This document shows, piece after piece, positions 33,655 through 47,100 of a DNA stretch of 64,000 bases. This stretch comes from Eledone cirrhosa. Its lineage: Eukaryota. The notes under the pieces were generated by a model. It was not told where the DNA came from and ran no database searches. It saw only the letters and a program-made list of their open reading frames with translations. The stretch spans positions 131,316,001 through 131,380,000 of the forward strand of contig OZ024743.1 of NCBI GenBank assembly GCA_964016885.1. Direction: 5' to 3'. The stretch's first letter is position 1, and each line of letters begins with the position of its first letter. The position numbers and the translations under genes were made by a program.

Positions 33655-36600
33655 GGTTCTTGGTGTTTGGTGCTGGGTGCTTGGTGTTTGGTGTTTGGTG
33701 TTATATGCTTGGTGTTTGATGCTTGGTGCTTGGTGTTTGGTGTTTGGTGTTTGGTGCTTGGTGTTTGGTGCTTGGTGCTTGGTGTTTGGTGCTTGGTGCT
33801 TGGTGCTTGGTGTTTGGTGCTTGGTGCTTGGTGTTAGGTGTTTGGTGCTTGGTGCTTGGTGTTTGGTGTTTGGTGCTTGGTGTTTGGTGTTTGGTGTTTG
33901 GTGTTTGGTGCTTGGTACTTGGTGCTTGGTGCTTGGTGTTAGGTGTTTGGTGCTTGGTGTTTGGTGTCTGGTTTTTGGTGCTTGGTGCTTGGTGTTTGGT
34001 GCTTGCTGCTGGCTGCTTGGTGTTTGGTGCTTGGTGATTGGTGCTTGGTGTTTGGTGCTTGGTGTTTGGTGTTTGGTGCTAGGTGCTTGGTGTTTGGTGC
34101 TTGGTGCTTGGTGTTTGTACTTGGTGCTTGGTGCTTGGTTCTTGGTGTTTGGTGCTTGGTGCTTGGTGTTTGGTGCTTGGTGCTTGGTGTTTGGTGCTTG
34201 GTGTTTGGTGCTTGGTGTTTGGTGCTTGGTGCTTGGTGCTTGGTGTTTGGTGCTTGGTGTTTGGTGCTTGGTGTTAGGTGTTTGGTGCTTGGTGCTTGGT
34301 GTTAGGTGTTTGGTGCTTGGTGTTTGGTGCTTGGTGTTTGGTGCTTGGTGCTTGGTGCTTGGTGCTTGGTGTTTGGTGGTTGGTGTTTGGTGCTTGGTGT
34401 TAGGTGTTTGGTGCTTGGTGCTTGGTGTTTGGTATTTGGTGCTTGGTGTTTGGTGTTTGGTGCTTGGTGTTTGGTGCTTTTTGCTTGGTGCTTGGTGCTT
34501 GGTGTTTGGTGCTTGGTGCTTGGTGTTTGGTGCTGGGTGCTTGGTGTTTGGTGTTTGGTGTTATATGCTTGGTGTTTGATGCTTGGTGCTTGGTGCTTGG
34601 TGTTTGGTGTTTGGTGCTTGGTGCTTGGTGTTTGGTGCTTGGTGCTTGGTGTTTAGTGCTTGGTGTTTGGTGCTTGGTGTTTGGTGCTTGGTGCTTGGTG
34701 CTTGATGCTTGGTGTTTGGTGGTTGGTGCTTGGTGCTTGGTGTTAGGTGTTTGGTGCTTGGTGCTTGGTGTTTGGTGTTTGGTGCATGGTGTTTGGTGTT
34801 TGGTGCTTGGTGTTTGGTGCTTGGTACTTGGTGCTTGGTGCTTGGTGTTAGGTGTTTGGTGCTTGGTGTTTGGTGTCTGGTTTTTGGTGCTTGGTGCTTG
34901 GTGCTTAGTGTTTGGTGCTTGGTGCTTAGTGTTTGGTGCTAGGTGCTTGGTGTTTGGTGCTTGGTGCTTGGTGTTTGGTGCCTGGTGCTTGGTGTTTGGT
35001 GTTTGGTGTTTGGTGCTTGGTGCTTGGTGTTTGGTGTTTGCTGTTTGCTGTTTGTTGTTTGGTGTTTGCTGTTTGGTGTTTGGTGTTTGCTTTTTGGTGC
35101 TTGGTGTTTGATGCTTGGTGCTTGGTGCTTGGTGTTTGGTGCTTGGTGCTTGGTGTTAGGTGTTTGGTGCTTGGTGCTTGGTGTTTGGTGCTTGCTGCTG
35201 GCTGCTTGGTGTTTGGTGCTTGGTGATTGGTGCTTGGTGTTTGGTGCTTGGTGTTTGGTGTTTGGTGCTAGGTGCTTGGTGTTTGGTGCTTGGTGCTTGG
35301 TGTTTGTACTTGGTGCTTGGTCCTTGGTTCTTGGTGTTTGGTGCTTGGTGCTTGGTGTTTGGTGCTTGGTGCTTGGTGTTTGGTGCTTGGTGTTTGGTGC
35401 TTGGTGTTTGGTGTTTGGTGCTTGGTGCTTGGTGTTTGGTGCTTGGTGTTTGGTGCTTGGTGTTAGGTGTTTGGTGCTTGGTGCTTGGTGTTTGGTGTTT
35501 GGTGCTTGGCGTTTGGTGTTTGGTGTTATATGCTTGGTGTTTGATGCTTGGTGCTTGGTGCTAGGTGTTTGGTGCTTGGTGTTTGATGCTTGGTGCTTGG
35601 TGCTTGGTGTTTGGTGCTTGGTGCTTGGTGTTTGTACTTGGTGCTTGGTGCTTGGTTCTTGGTGTTTGGTGCTTGGTGCTTGGTGTTTGGTGTTTGGTGC
35701 TTGGTGTTTGGTGCTTGGTGTTTGGTGCTTGGTGCTTGGTGCTTAGTGCTTGGTGTTTGGTGCTTGGTGTTAGGTGTTTGGTGCTTGGTGCTTGGTGTTT
35801 GGTGTTTGGTGCTTGGTGTTTGGTGCTTGGTGTTTGGTGTTAGGTGTTTGGTGCTTGGTGTTTGGTGTTTGGTGCTTGGTGTTTGGTGCTTGGTGTTTGG
35901 TGCTTGGTGTTTGGTGCTTGGTTCTTGGTGTTTGGTGCTGGGTGCTTGGTGTTTGGTGTTTGGTGTTATATGCTTGGTGTTTGATGCTTGGTGCTTGGTG
36001 TTTGGTGTTTGGTGTTTGGTGCTTGGTGTTTGGTGCTTGGTGCTTGGTGTTTGGTGCTTGGTGCTTGGTGCTTGGTGTTTGGTGCTTGGTGCTTGGTGTT
36101 AGGTGTTTGGTGCTTGGTGCTTGGTGTTTGGTGTTTGGTGCTTGGTGTTTGGTGTTTGGTGTTTGGTGTTTGGTGCTTGGTACTTGGTGCTTGGTGCTTG
36201 GTGTTAGGTGTTTGGTGCTTGGTGTTTGGTGTCTGGTTTTTGGTGCTTGGTGCTTGGTGTTTGGTGCTTGCTGCTGGCTGCTTGGTGTTTGGTGCTTGGT
36301 GATTGGTGCTTGGTGTTTGGTGCTTGGTGTTTGGTGTTTGGTGCTAGGTGCTTGGTGTTTGGTGCTTGGTGCTTGGTGTTTGTACTTGGTGCTTGGTGCT
36401 TGGTTCTTGGTGTTTGGTGCTTGGTGCTTGGTGTTTGGTGCTTGGTGCTTGGTGTTTGGTGCTTGGTGTTTGGTGCTTGGTGTTTGGTGCTTGGTGCTTG
36501 GTGCTTGGTGTTTGGTGCTTGGTGTTTGGTGCTTGGTGTTAGGTGTTTGGTGCTTGGTGCTTGGTGTTAGGTGTTTGGTGCTTGGTGTTTGGTGCTTGGT

Positions 36601-38184
36601 GTTTGGTGCTTGGTGCTTGGTGCTTGGTGCTTGGTGTTTGGTGGTTGGTGTTTGGTGCTTGGTGTTAGGTGTTTGGTGCTTGGTGCTTGGTGTTTGGTAT
36701 TTGGTGCTTGGTGTTTGGTGTTTGGTGCTTGGTGTTTGGTGTTTTTTGCTTGGTGCTTGGTGCTTGGTGTTTGGTGCTTGGTGCTTGGTGTTTGGTGCTG
36801 GGTGCTTGGTGTTTGGTGTTTGGTGTTATATGCTTGGTGTTTGATGCTTGGTGCTTGGTGCTTGGTGTTTGGTGTTTGGTGCTTGGTGCTTGGTGTTTGG
36901 TGCTTGGTGCTTGGTGTTTAGTGCTTGGTGTTTGGTGCTTGGTGTTTGGTGCTTGGTGCTTGGTGCTTGATGCTTGGTGTTTGGTGGTTGGTGCTTGGTG
37001 CTTGGTGTTAGGTGTTTGGTGCTTGGTGCTTGGTGTTTGGTGTTTGGTGCATGGTGTTTGGTGTTTGGTGCTTGGTGTTTGGTGCTTGGTACTTGGTGCT
37101 TGGTGCTTGGTGTTAGGTGTTTGGTGCTTGGTGTTTGGTGTCTGGTTTTTGGTGCTTGGTGCTTGGTGCTTAGTGTTTGGTGCTTGGTGCTTAGTGTTTG
37201 GTGCTAGGTGCTTGGTGTTTGGTGCTTGGTGCTTGGTGTTTGGTGCCTGGTGCTTGGTGTTTGGTGTTTGGTGTTTGGTGCTTGGTGCTTGGTGTTTGGT
37301 GTTTGCTGTTTGCTGTTTGTTGTTTGGTGTTTGCTGTTTGGTGTTTGGTGTTTGCTTTTTGGTGCTTGGTGTTTGATGCTTGGTGCTTGGTGCTTGGTGT
37401 TTGGTGCTTGGTGCTTGGTGTTAGGTGTTTGGTGCTTGGTGCTTGGTGTTTGGTGCTTGCTGCTGGCTGCTTGGTGTTTGGTGCTTGGTGATTGGTGCTT
37501 GGTGTTTGGTGCTTGGTGTTTGGTGTTTGGTGCTAGGTGCTTGGTGTTTGGTGCTTGGTGCTTGGTGTTTGTACTTGGTGCTTGGTCCTTGGTTCTTGGT
37601 GTTTGGTGCTTGGTGCTTGGTGTTTGGTGCTTGGTGCTTGGTGTTTGGTGCTTGGTGTTTGGTGCTTGGTGTTTGGTGTTTGGTGCTTGGTGCTTGGTGT
37701 TTGGTGCTTGGTGTTTGGTGCTTGGTGTTAGGTGTTTGGTGCTTGGTGCTTGGTGTTTGGTGTTTGGTGCTTGGCGTTTGGTGTTTGGTGTTATATGCTT
37801 GGTGTTTGATGCTTGGTGCTTGGTGCTAGGTGTTTGGTGCTTGGTGTTTGATGCTTGGTGCTTGGTGCTTGGTGTTTGGTGCTTGGTGCTTGGTGTTTGT
37901 ACTTGGTGCTTGGTGCTTGGTTCTTGGTGTTTGGTGCTTGGTGCTTGGTGTTTGGTGTTTGGTGCTTGGTGTTTGGTGCTTGGTGTTTGGTGCTTGGTGC
38001 TTGGTGCTTAGTGCTTGGTGTTTGGTGCTTGGTGTTAGGTGTTTGGTGCTTGGTGCTTGGTGTTTGGTGTTTGGTGCTTGGTGTTTGGTGCTTGGTGTTT
38101 GGTGTTAGGTGTTTGGTGCTTGGTGTTTGGTGTTTGGTGCTTGGTGTTTGGTGCTTGGTGTTTGGTGCTTGGTGTTTGGTGCTT
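33655..38184. repeat. Tandem duplication, period 2,265 bp (junction near 35,900-35,922)
   Basis: ORFs 33723->35988, 34404->36669 and 34943->37208. Private markers are shared: GGTATTT 34431/36696, GATGCTT 34704/36969, GGTGCTA about 35557/37822. Confidence 0.88.
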
Positions 38185-41100
38185 GGTACTTGGTGCTTGG
38201 TGCTTGGTGTTAGGTGTTTGGTGCTTGGTGCTTGGTGTTTGGTTTTTGGTGCTTGGTGCTTGGTGTTTGGTGTTTGGGGCTTGCTGCTGGCTGCTTGGTG
38301 TTTGGCGTTTGGTGTTTGGTGCTTGGTACTTGGTGCTTGGTGCTTGGTGTTAGGTGTTTGGTGCTTGGTGTTTGGTGTCTGGTTTTTGGTGCTTGGTGCT
38401 TGGTGTTTGGTGCTTGCTGCTGGCTGCTTGGTGTTTGGTGCTTGGTGATTGGTGCTTGGTGTTTGGTGCTTGGTGTTTGGTGTTTGGTGCTAGGTGCTTG
38501 GTGTTTGGTGCTTGGTGCTTGGTGTTTGTACTTGGTGCTTGGTGCTTGGTTCTTGGTGTTTGGTGCTTGGTGCTTGGTGTTTGGTGCTTGGTGCTTGGTG
38601 TTTGGTGCTTGGTGTTTGGTGCTTGGTGTTTGGTGCTTGGTGCTTGGTGCTTGGTGTTTGGTGCTTGGTGTTTGGTGCTTGGTGTTAGGTGTTTGGTGCT
38701 TGGTGCTTGGTGTTAGGTGTTTGGTGCTTGGTGTTTGGTGCTTGGTGTTTGGTGCTTGGTGCTTGGTGCTTGGTGCTTGGTGTTTGGTGGTTGGTGTTTG
38801 GTGCTTGGTGTTAGGTGTTTGGTGCTTGGTGCTTGGTGTTTGGTGTTTGGTGCTTGGTGTTTGGTGTTTGGTGCTTGGTGTTTGGTGCTTTTTGCTTGGT
38901 GCTTGGTGCTTGGTGTTTGGTGCTTGGTGCTTGGTGCTTGGTGCTGGGTGCTTGGTGTTTGGTGTTTGGTGTTATATGCTTGGTGTTTGATGCTTGGTGC
39001 TTGGTGCTTGGTGTTTGGTGTTTGGTGCTTGGTGTTTGATGCTTGGTGCTTGGTGCTTGGTGTTTGGTGCTTGGTGCTTGGTGTTTGGTGCTTGGTGCTT
39101 GGTGTTTGGTGCTTGGTGCTTGGTGCTTGGTGTTTGGTGCTTGTTGTTTGGTGCTTGGTGTTTGGTGCTTGGTGCTTGGTGCTTGGTGTTTGGTGGTTGG
39201 TGCTTGGTGCTTGGTGTTAGGTGTTTGGTGCTTGGTGCTTGGTGTTTGGTGTTTGGTGCTTGGTGTTTGGTGTTTGGTGTTTGGTGTTTGGTGCTTGGTA
39301 CTTGGTGCTTGGTGCTTGGTGTTAGGTGTTTGGTGCTTGGTGTTTGGTGTCTGGTTTTTGGTGTTTGGTGCTTGGTGATTGGTGATAGGTGTTTGGTGCT
39401 TGGTGTTTGGTGTTTGGTGCTAGGTGCTTGGTGTTTGGTGCTTGGTGCTTGGTGTTTGTACTTGGTGCTTGGTGCTTGGTTCTTGGTGTTTGGTGCTTGG
39501 TGCTTGGTGTTTGGTGCTTGGTGCTTGGTGTTTGGTGCTTGGTGTTTGGTGCTTGGTGTTTGGTGCTTGGTGTTTGGTGCTTGGTGTTAGGTGTTTGGTG
39601 CTTGGTGCTTGGTGTTAGGTGTTTGGTGCTTGGTATTTGGTGCTTGGTGTTTGGTGCTTGGTGCTTGGTGCTTGGTGCTTGGTGTTTGGTGGTTGGTGTT
39701 TGGTGCTTGGTGTTAGGTGTTTGGTGCTTGGTGCTTGGTGTTTGGTGTTTGGTGCTTGGTGTTTGGTGTTTGGTGCTTGGTGTTTGGTGCTTTTTGCTTG
39801 GTGCTTGGTGCTTGGTGTTTGGTGCTTGGTTCTTGGTGTTTGGTGCTGGGTGCTTGGTGTTTGGTGTTTGGTGTTATATGCTTGGTGTTTGATGCTTGGT
39901 GCTTGGTGTTTGGTGTTTGGTGTTTGGTGCTTGGTGTTTGGTGCTTGGTGCTTGGTGTTTGGTGCTTGGTGCTTGGTGCTTGGTGTTTGGTGCTTGGTGC
40001 TTGGTGTTAGGTGTTTGGTGCTTGGTGCTTGGTGTTTGGTGTTTGGTGCTTGGTGTTTGGTGTTTGGTGTTTGGTGTTTGGTGCTTGGTACTTGGTGCTT
40101 GGTGCTTGGTGTTAGGTGTTTGGTGCTTGGTGTTTGGTGTCTGGTTTTTGGTGCTTGGTGCTTGGTGTTTGGTGCTTGCTGCTGGCTGCTTGGTGTTTGG
40201 TGCTTGGTGATTGGTGCTTGGTGTTTGGTGCTTGGTGTTTGGTGTTTGGTGCTAGGTGCTTGGTGTTTGGTGCTTGGTGCTTGGTGTTTGTACTTGGTGC
40301 TTGGTGCTTGGTTCTTGGTGTTTGGTGCTTGGTGCTTGGTGTTTGGTGCTTGGTGCTTGGTGTTTGGTGCTTGGTGTTTGGTGCTTGGTGTTTGGTGCTT
40401 GGTGCTTGGTGCTTGGTGTTTGGTGCTTGGTGTTTGGTGCTTGGTGTTAGGTGTTTGGTGCTTGGTGCTTGGTGTTAGGTGTTTGGTGCTTGGTGTTTGG
40501 TGCTTGGTGTTTGGTGCTTGGTGCTTGGTGCTTGGTGCTTGGTGTTTGGTGGTTGGTGTTTGGTGCTTGGTGTTAGGTGTTTGGTGCTTGGTGCTTGGTG
40601 TTTGGTGTTTGGTGCTTGGTGTTTGGTGTTTGGTGCTTGGTGTTTGGTGCTTTTTGCTTGGTGCTTGGTGCTTGGTGTTTGGTGCTTGGTGCTTGGTGTT
40701 TGGTGCTGGGTGCTTGGTGTTTGGTGTTTGGTGTTATATGCTTGGTGTTTGATGCTTGGTGCTTGGTGCTTGGTGTTTGGTGTTTGGTGCTTGGTGCTTG
40801 GTGTTTGGTGCTTGGTGCTTGGTGTTTAGTGCTTGGTGTTTGGTGCTTGGTGTTTGGTGCTTGGTGCTTGGTGCTTGGTGCTTGGTGTTTGGTGGTTGGT
40901 GCTTGGTGCTTGGTGTTAGGTGTTTGGTGCTTGGTGCTTGGTGTTTGGTGTTTGGTGCATGGTGTTTGGTGTTTGGTGCTTGGTGTTTGGTGCTTGGTAC
41001 TTGGTGCTTGGTGCTTGGTGTTAGGTGTTTGGTGCTTGGTGTTTGGTGTCTGGTTTTTGGTGCTTGGTGCTTGGTGCTTAGTGTTTGGTGCTTGGTGCTT

Positions 41101-44100
41101 AGTGTTTGGTGCTAGGTGCTTGGTGTTTGGTGCTTGGTGCTTGGTGTTTGGTGCCTGGTGCTTGGTGTTTGGTGTTTGGTGTTTGGTGCTTGGTGCTTGG
41201 TGTTTGGTGTTTGCTGTTTGCTGTTTGTTGTTTGGTGTTTGCTGTTTGGTGTTTGGTGTTTGCTTTTTGGTGCTTGGTGTTTGATGCTTGGTGCTTGGTG
41301 CTTGGTGTTTGGTGCTTGGTGCTTGGTGTTAGGTGTTTGGTGCTTGGTGCTTGGTGTTTGGTGCTTGCTGCTGGCTGCTTGGTGTTTGGTGCTTGGTGAT
41401 TGGTGCTTGGTGTTTGGTGCTTGGTGTTTGGTGTTTGGTGCTAGGTGCTTGGTGTTTGGTGCTTGGTGCTTGGTGTTTGTACTTGGTGCTTGGTCCTTGG
41501 TTCTTGGTGTTTGGTGCTTGGTGCTTGGTGTTTGGTGCTTGGTGCTTGGTGTTTGGTGCTTGGTGTTTGGTGCTTGGTGTTTGGTGTTTGGTGCTTGGTG
41601 CTTGGTGTTTGGTGCTTGGTGTTTGGTGCTTGGTGTTAGGTGTTTGGTGCTTGGTGCTTGGTGTTTGGTGTTTGGTGCTTGGCGTTTGGTGTTTGGTGTT
41701 ATATGCTTGGTGTTTGATGCTTGGTGCTTGGTGCTTGGTGTTTGGTGCTTGGTGTTTGATGCTTGGTGCTTGGTGCTTGGTGTTTGGTGCTTGGTGCTTG
41801 GTGTTTGTACTTGGTGCTTGGTGCTTGGTTCTTGGTGTTTGGTGCTTGGTGCTTGGTGTTTGGTGTTTGGTGCTTGGTGTTTGGTGCTTGGTGTTTGGTG
41901 CTTGGTGCTTGGTGCTTAGTGCTTGGTGTTTGGTGCTTGGTGTTAGGTGTTTGGTGCTTGGTGCTTGGTGTTTGGTGTTTGGTGCTTGGTGTTTGGTGCT
42001 TGGTGTTTGGTGTTAGGTGTTTGGTGCTTGGTGTTTGGTGTTTGGTGCTTGGTGTTTGGTGCTTGGTGTTTGGTGCTTGGTGTTTGGTGCTTGGTACTTG
42101 GTGCTTGGTGCTTGGTGTTAGGTGTTTGGTGCTTGGTGCTTGGTGTTTGGTTTTTGGTGCTTGGTGCTTGGTGTTTGGTGTTTGGGGCTTGCTGCTGGCT
42201 GCTTGGTGTTTGGTGTTTGGTGTTTGGTGCTTGGTACTTGGTGCTTGGTGCTTGGTGTTAGGTGTTTGGTGCTTGGTGTTTGGTGTCTGGTTTTTGGTGC
42301 TTGGTGCTTGGTGTTTGGTGCTTGCTGTTTGCTGTTTGTTGTTTGGTGTTTGCTGTTTGGTGTTTGGTGTTTGCTTTTTGGTGCTTGGTGTTTGATGCTT
42401 GGTGCTTGGTGCTTGGTGTTTGGTGCTTGGTGCTTGGTGTTAGGTGTTTGGTGCTTGGTGCTTGGTGTTTGGTGCTTGCTGCTGGCTGCTTGGTGTTTGG
42501 TGCTTGGTGATTGGTGCTTGGTGTTTGGTGCTTGGTGTTTGGTGTTTGGTGCTAGGTGCTTGGTGTTTGGTGCTTGGTGCTTGGTGTTTGTACTTGGTGC
42601 TTGGTCCTTGGTTCTTGGTGTTTGGTGCTTGGTGCTTGGTGTTTGGTGCTTGGTGCTTGGTGTTTGGTGCTTGGTGTTTGGTGCTTGGTGTTTGGTGTTT
42701 GGTGCTTGGTGCTTGGTGTTTGGTGCTTGGTGTTTGGTGCTTGGTGTTAGGTGTTTGGTGCTTGGTGCTTGGTGTTTGGTGTTTGGTGCTTGGCGTTTGG
42801 TGTTTGGTGTTATATGCTTGGTGTTTGATGCTTGGTGCTTGGTGCTAGGTGTTTGGTGCTTGGTGTTTGATGCTTGGTGCTTGGTGCTTGGTGTTTGGTG
42901 CTTGGTGCTTGGTGTTTGTACTTGGTGCTTGGTGCTTGGTTCTTGGTGTTTGGTGCTTGGTGCTTGGTGTTTGGTGTTTGGTGCTTGGTGTTTGGTGCTT
43001 GGTGTTTGGTGCTTGGTGCTTGGTGCTTAGTGCTTGGTGTTTGGTGCTTGGTGTTAGGTGTTTGGTGCTTGGTGCTTGGTGTTTGGTGTTTGGTGCTTGG
43101 TGTTTGGTGCTTGGTGTTTGGTGTTAGGTGTTTGGTGCTTGGTGTTTGGTGTTTGGTGCTTGGTGTTTGGTGCTTGGTGTTTGGTGCTTGGTGTTTGGTG
43201 CTTGGTTCTTGGTGTTTGGTGCTGGGTGCTTGGTGTTTGGTGTTTGGTGTTATATGCTTGGTGTTTGATGCTTGGTGCTTGGTGTTTGGTGTTTGGTGTT
43301 TGGTGCTTGGTGTTTGGTGCTTGGTGCTTGGTGTTTGGTGCTTGGTGCTTGGTGCTTGGTGTTTGGTGCTTGGTGCTTGGTGTTAGGTGTTTGGTGCTTG
43401 GTGCTTGGTGTTTGGTGTTTGGTGCTTGGTGTTTGGTGTTTGGTGTTTGGTGTTTGGTGCTTGGTACTTGGTGCTTGGTGCTTGGTGTTAGGTGTTTGGT
43501 GCTTGGTGTTTGGTGTCTGGTTTTTGGTGCTTGGTGCTTGGTGTTTGGTGCTTGCTGCTGGCTGCTTGGTGTTTGGTGCTTGGTGATTGGTGCTTGGTGT
43601 TTGGTGCTTGGTGTTTGGTGTTTGGTGCTAGGTGCTTGGTGTTTGGTGCTTGGTGCTTGGTGTTTGTACTTGGTGCTTGGTGCTTGGTTCTTGGTGTTTG
43701 GTGCTTGGTGCTTGGTGTTTGGTGCTTGGTGCTTGGTGTTTGGTGCTTGGTGTTTGGTGCTTGGTGTTTGGTGCTTGGTGCTTGGTGCTTGGTGTTTGGT
43801 GCTTGGTGTTTGGTGCTTGGTGTTAGGTGTTTGGTGCTTGGTGCTTGGTGTTAGGTGTTTGGTGCTTGGTGTTTGGTGCTTGGTGTTTGGTGCTTGGTGC
43901 TTGGTGCTTGGTGCTTGGTGTTTGGTGGTTGGTGTTTGGTGCTTGGTGTTAGGTGTTTGGTGCTTGGTGCTTGGTGTTTGGTATTTGGTGCTTGGTGTTT
44001 GGTGTTTGGTGCTTGGTGTTTGGTGCTTTTTGCTTGGTGCTTGGTGCTTGGTGTTTGGTGCTTGGTGCTTGGTGTTTGGTGCTGGGTGCTTGGTGTTTGG

Positions 44101-47100
44101 TGTTTGGTGTTATATGCTTGGTGTTTGATGCTTGGTGCTTGGTGCTTGGTGTTTGGTGTTTGGTGCTTGGTGCTTGGTGTTTGGTGCTTGGTGCTTGGTG
44201 TTTAGTGCTTGGTGTTTGGTGCTTGGTGTTTGGTGCTTGGTGCTTGGTGCTTGATGCTTGGTGTTTGGTGGTTGGTGCTTGGTGCTTGGTGTTAGGTGTT
44301 TGGTGCTTGGTGCTTGGTGTTTGGTGTTTGGTGCATGGTGTTTGGTGTTTGGTGCTTGGTGTTTGGTGCTTGGTACTTGGTGCTTGGTGCTTGGTGTTAG
44401 GTGTTTGGTGCTTGGTGTTTGGTGTCTGGTTTTTGGTGCTTGGTGCTTGGTGCTTAGTGTTTGGTGCTTGGTGCTTAGTGTTTGGTGCTAGGTGCTTGGT
44501 GTTTGGTGCTTGGTGCTTGGTGTTTGGTGCCTGGTGCTTGGTGTTTGGTGTTTGGTGTTTGGTGCTTGGTGCTTGGTGTTTGGTGTTTGCTGTTTGCTGT
44601 TTGTTGTTTGGTGTTTGCTGTTTGGTGTTTGGTGTTTGCTTTTTGGTGCTTGGTGTTTGATGCTTGGTGCTTGGTGCTTGGTGTTTGGTGCTTGGTGCTT
44701 GGTGTTAGGTGTTTGGTGCTTGGTGCTTGGTGTTTGGTGCTTGCTGCTGGCTGCTTGGTGTTTGGTGCTTGGTGATTGGTGCTTGGTGTTTGGTGCTTGG
44801 TGTTTGGTGTTTGGTGCTAGGTGCTTGGTGTTTGGTGCTTGGTGCTTGGTGTTTGTACTTGGTGCTTGGTCCTTGGTTCTTGGTGTTTGGTGCTTGGTGC
44901 TTGGTGTTTGGTGCTTGGTGCTTGGTGTTTGGTGCTTGGTGTTTGGTGCTTGGTGTTTGGTGTTTGGTGCTTGGTGCTTGGTGTTTGGTGCTTGGTGTTT
45001 GGTGCTTGGTGTTAGGTGTTTGGTGCTTGGTGCTTGGTGTTTGGTGTTTGGTGCTTGGCGTTTGGTGTTTGGTGTTATATGCTTGGTGTTTGATGCTTGG
45101 TGCTTGGTGCTAGGTGTTTGGTGCTTGGTGTTTGATGCTTGGTGCTTGGTGCTTGGTGTTTGGTGCTTGGTGCTTGGTGTTTGTACTTGGTGCTTGGTGC
45201 TTGGTTCTTGGTGTTTGGTGCTTGGTGCTTGGTGTTTGGTGTTTGGTGCTTGGTGTTTGGTGCTTGGTGTTTGGTGCTTGGTGCTTGGTGCTTAGTGCTT
45301 GGTGTTTGGTGCTTGGTGTTAGGTGTTTGGTGCTTGGTGCTTGGTGTTTGGTGTTTGGTGCTTGGTGTTTGGTGCTTGGTGTTTGGTGTTAGGTGTTTGG
45401 TGCTTGGTGTTTGGTGTTTGGTGCTTGGTGTTTGGTGCTTGGTGTTTGGTGCTTGGTGTTTGGTGCTTGGTACTTGGTGCTTGGTGCTTGGTGTTAGGTG
45501 TTTGGTGCTTGGTGCTTGGTGTTTGGTTTTTGGTGCTTGGTGCTTGGTGTTTGGTGTTTGGGGCTTGCTGCTGGCTGCTTGGTGTTTGGCGTTTGGTGTT
45601 TGGTGCTTGGTACTTGGTGCTTGGTGCTTGGTGTTAGGTGTTTGGTGCTTGGTGTTTGGTGTCTGGTTTTTGGTGCTTGGTGCTTGGTGTTTGGTGCTTG
45701 CTGCTGGCTGCTTGGTGTTTGGTGCTTGGTGATTGGTGCTTGGTGTTTGGTGCTTGGTGTTTGGTGTTTGGTGCTAGGTGCTTGGTGTTTGGTGCTTGGT
45801 GCTTGGTGTTTGTACTTGGTGCTTGGTGCTTGGTTCTTGGTGTTTGGTGCTTGGTGCTTGGTGTTTGGTGCTTGGTGCTTGGTGTTTGGTGCTTGGTGTT
45901 TGGTGCTTGGTGTTTGGTGCTTGGTGCTTGGTGCTTGGTGTTTGGTGCTTGGTGTTTGGTGCTTGGTGTTAGGTGTTTGGTGCTTGGTGCTTGGTGTTAG
46001 GTGTTTGGTGCTTGGTGTTTGGTGCTTGGTGTTTGGTGCTTGGTGCTTGGTGCTTGGTGCTTGGTGTTTGGTGGTTGGTGTTTGGTGCTTGGTGTTAGGT
46101 GTTTGGTGCTTGGTGCTTGGTGTTTGGTGTTTGGTGCTTGGTGTTTGGTGTTTGGTGCTTGGTGTTTGGTGCTTTTTGCTTGGTGCTTGGTGCTTGGTGT
46201 TTGGTGCTTGGTGCTTGGTGCTTGGTGCTGGGTGCTTGGTGTTTGGTGTTTGGTGTTATATGCTTGGTGTTTGATGCTTGGTGCTTGGTGCTTGGTGTTT
46301 GGTGTTTGGTGCTTGGTGTTTGATGCTTGGTGCTTGGTGCTTGGTGTTTGGTGCTTGGTGCTTGGTGTTTGGTGCTTGGTGCTTGGTGTTTGGTGCTTGG
46401 TGCTTGGTGCTTGGTGTTTGGTGCTTGTTGTTTGGTGCTTGGTGTTTGGTGCTTGGTGCTTGGTGCTTGGTGTTTGGTGGTTGGTGCTTGGTGCTTGGTG
46501 TTAGGTGTTTGGTGCTTGGTGCTTGGTGTTTGGTGTTTGGTGCTTGGTGTTTGGTGTTTGGTGTTTGGTGTTTGGTGCTTGGTACTTGGTGCTTGGTGCT
46601 TGGTGTTAGGTGTTTGGTGCTTGGTGTTTGGTGTCTGGTTTTTGGTGTTTGGTGCTTGGTGATTGGTGATAGGTGTTTGGTGCTTGGTGTTTGGTGTTTG
46701 GTGCTAGGTGCTTGGTGTTTGGTGCTTGGTGCTTGGTGTTTGTACTTGGTGCTTGGTGCTTGGTTCTTGGTGTTTGGTGCTTGGTGCTTGGTGTTTGGTG
46801 CTTGGTGCTTGGTGTTTGGTGCTTGGTGTTTGGTGCTTGGTGTTTGGTGCTTGGTGTTTGGTGCTTGGTGTTAGGTGTTTGGTGCTTGGTGCTTGGTGTT
46901 AGGTGTTTGGTGCTTGGTATTTGGTGCTTGGTGTTTGGTGCTTGGTGCTTGGTGCTTGGTGCTTGGTGTTTGGTGGTTGGTGTTTGGTGCTTGGTGTTAG
47001 GTGTTTGGTGCTTGGTGCTTGGTGTTTGGTGTTTGGTGCTTGGTGTTTGGTGTTTGGTGCTTGGTGTTTGGTGCTTTTTGCTTGGTGCTTGGTGCTTGGT

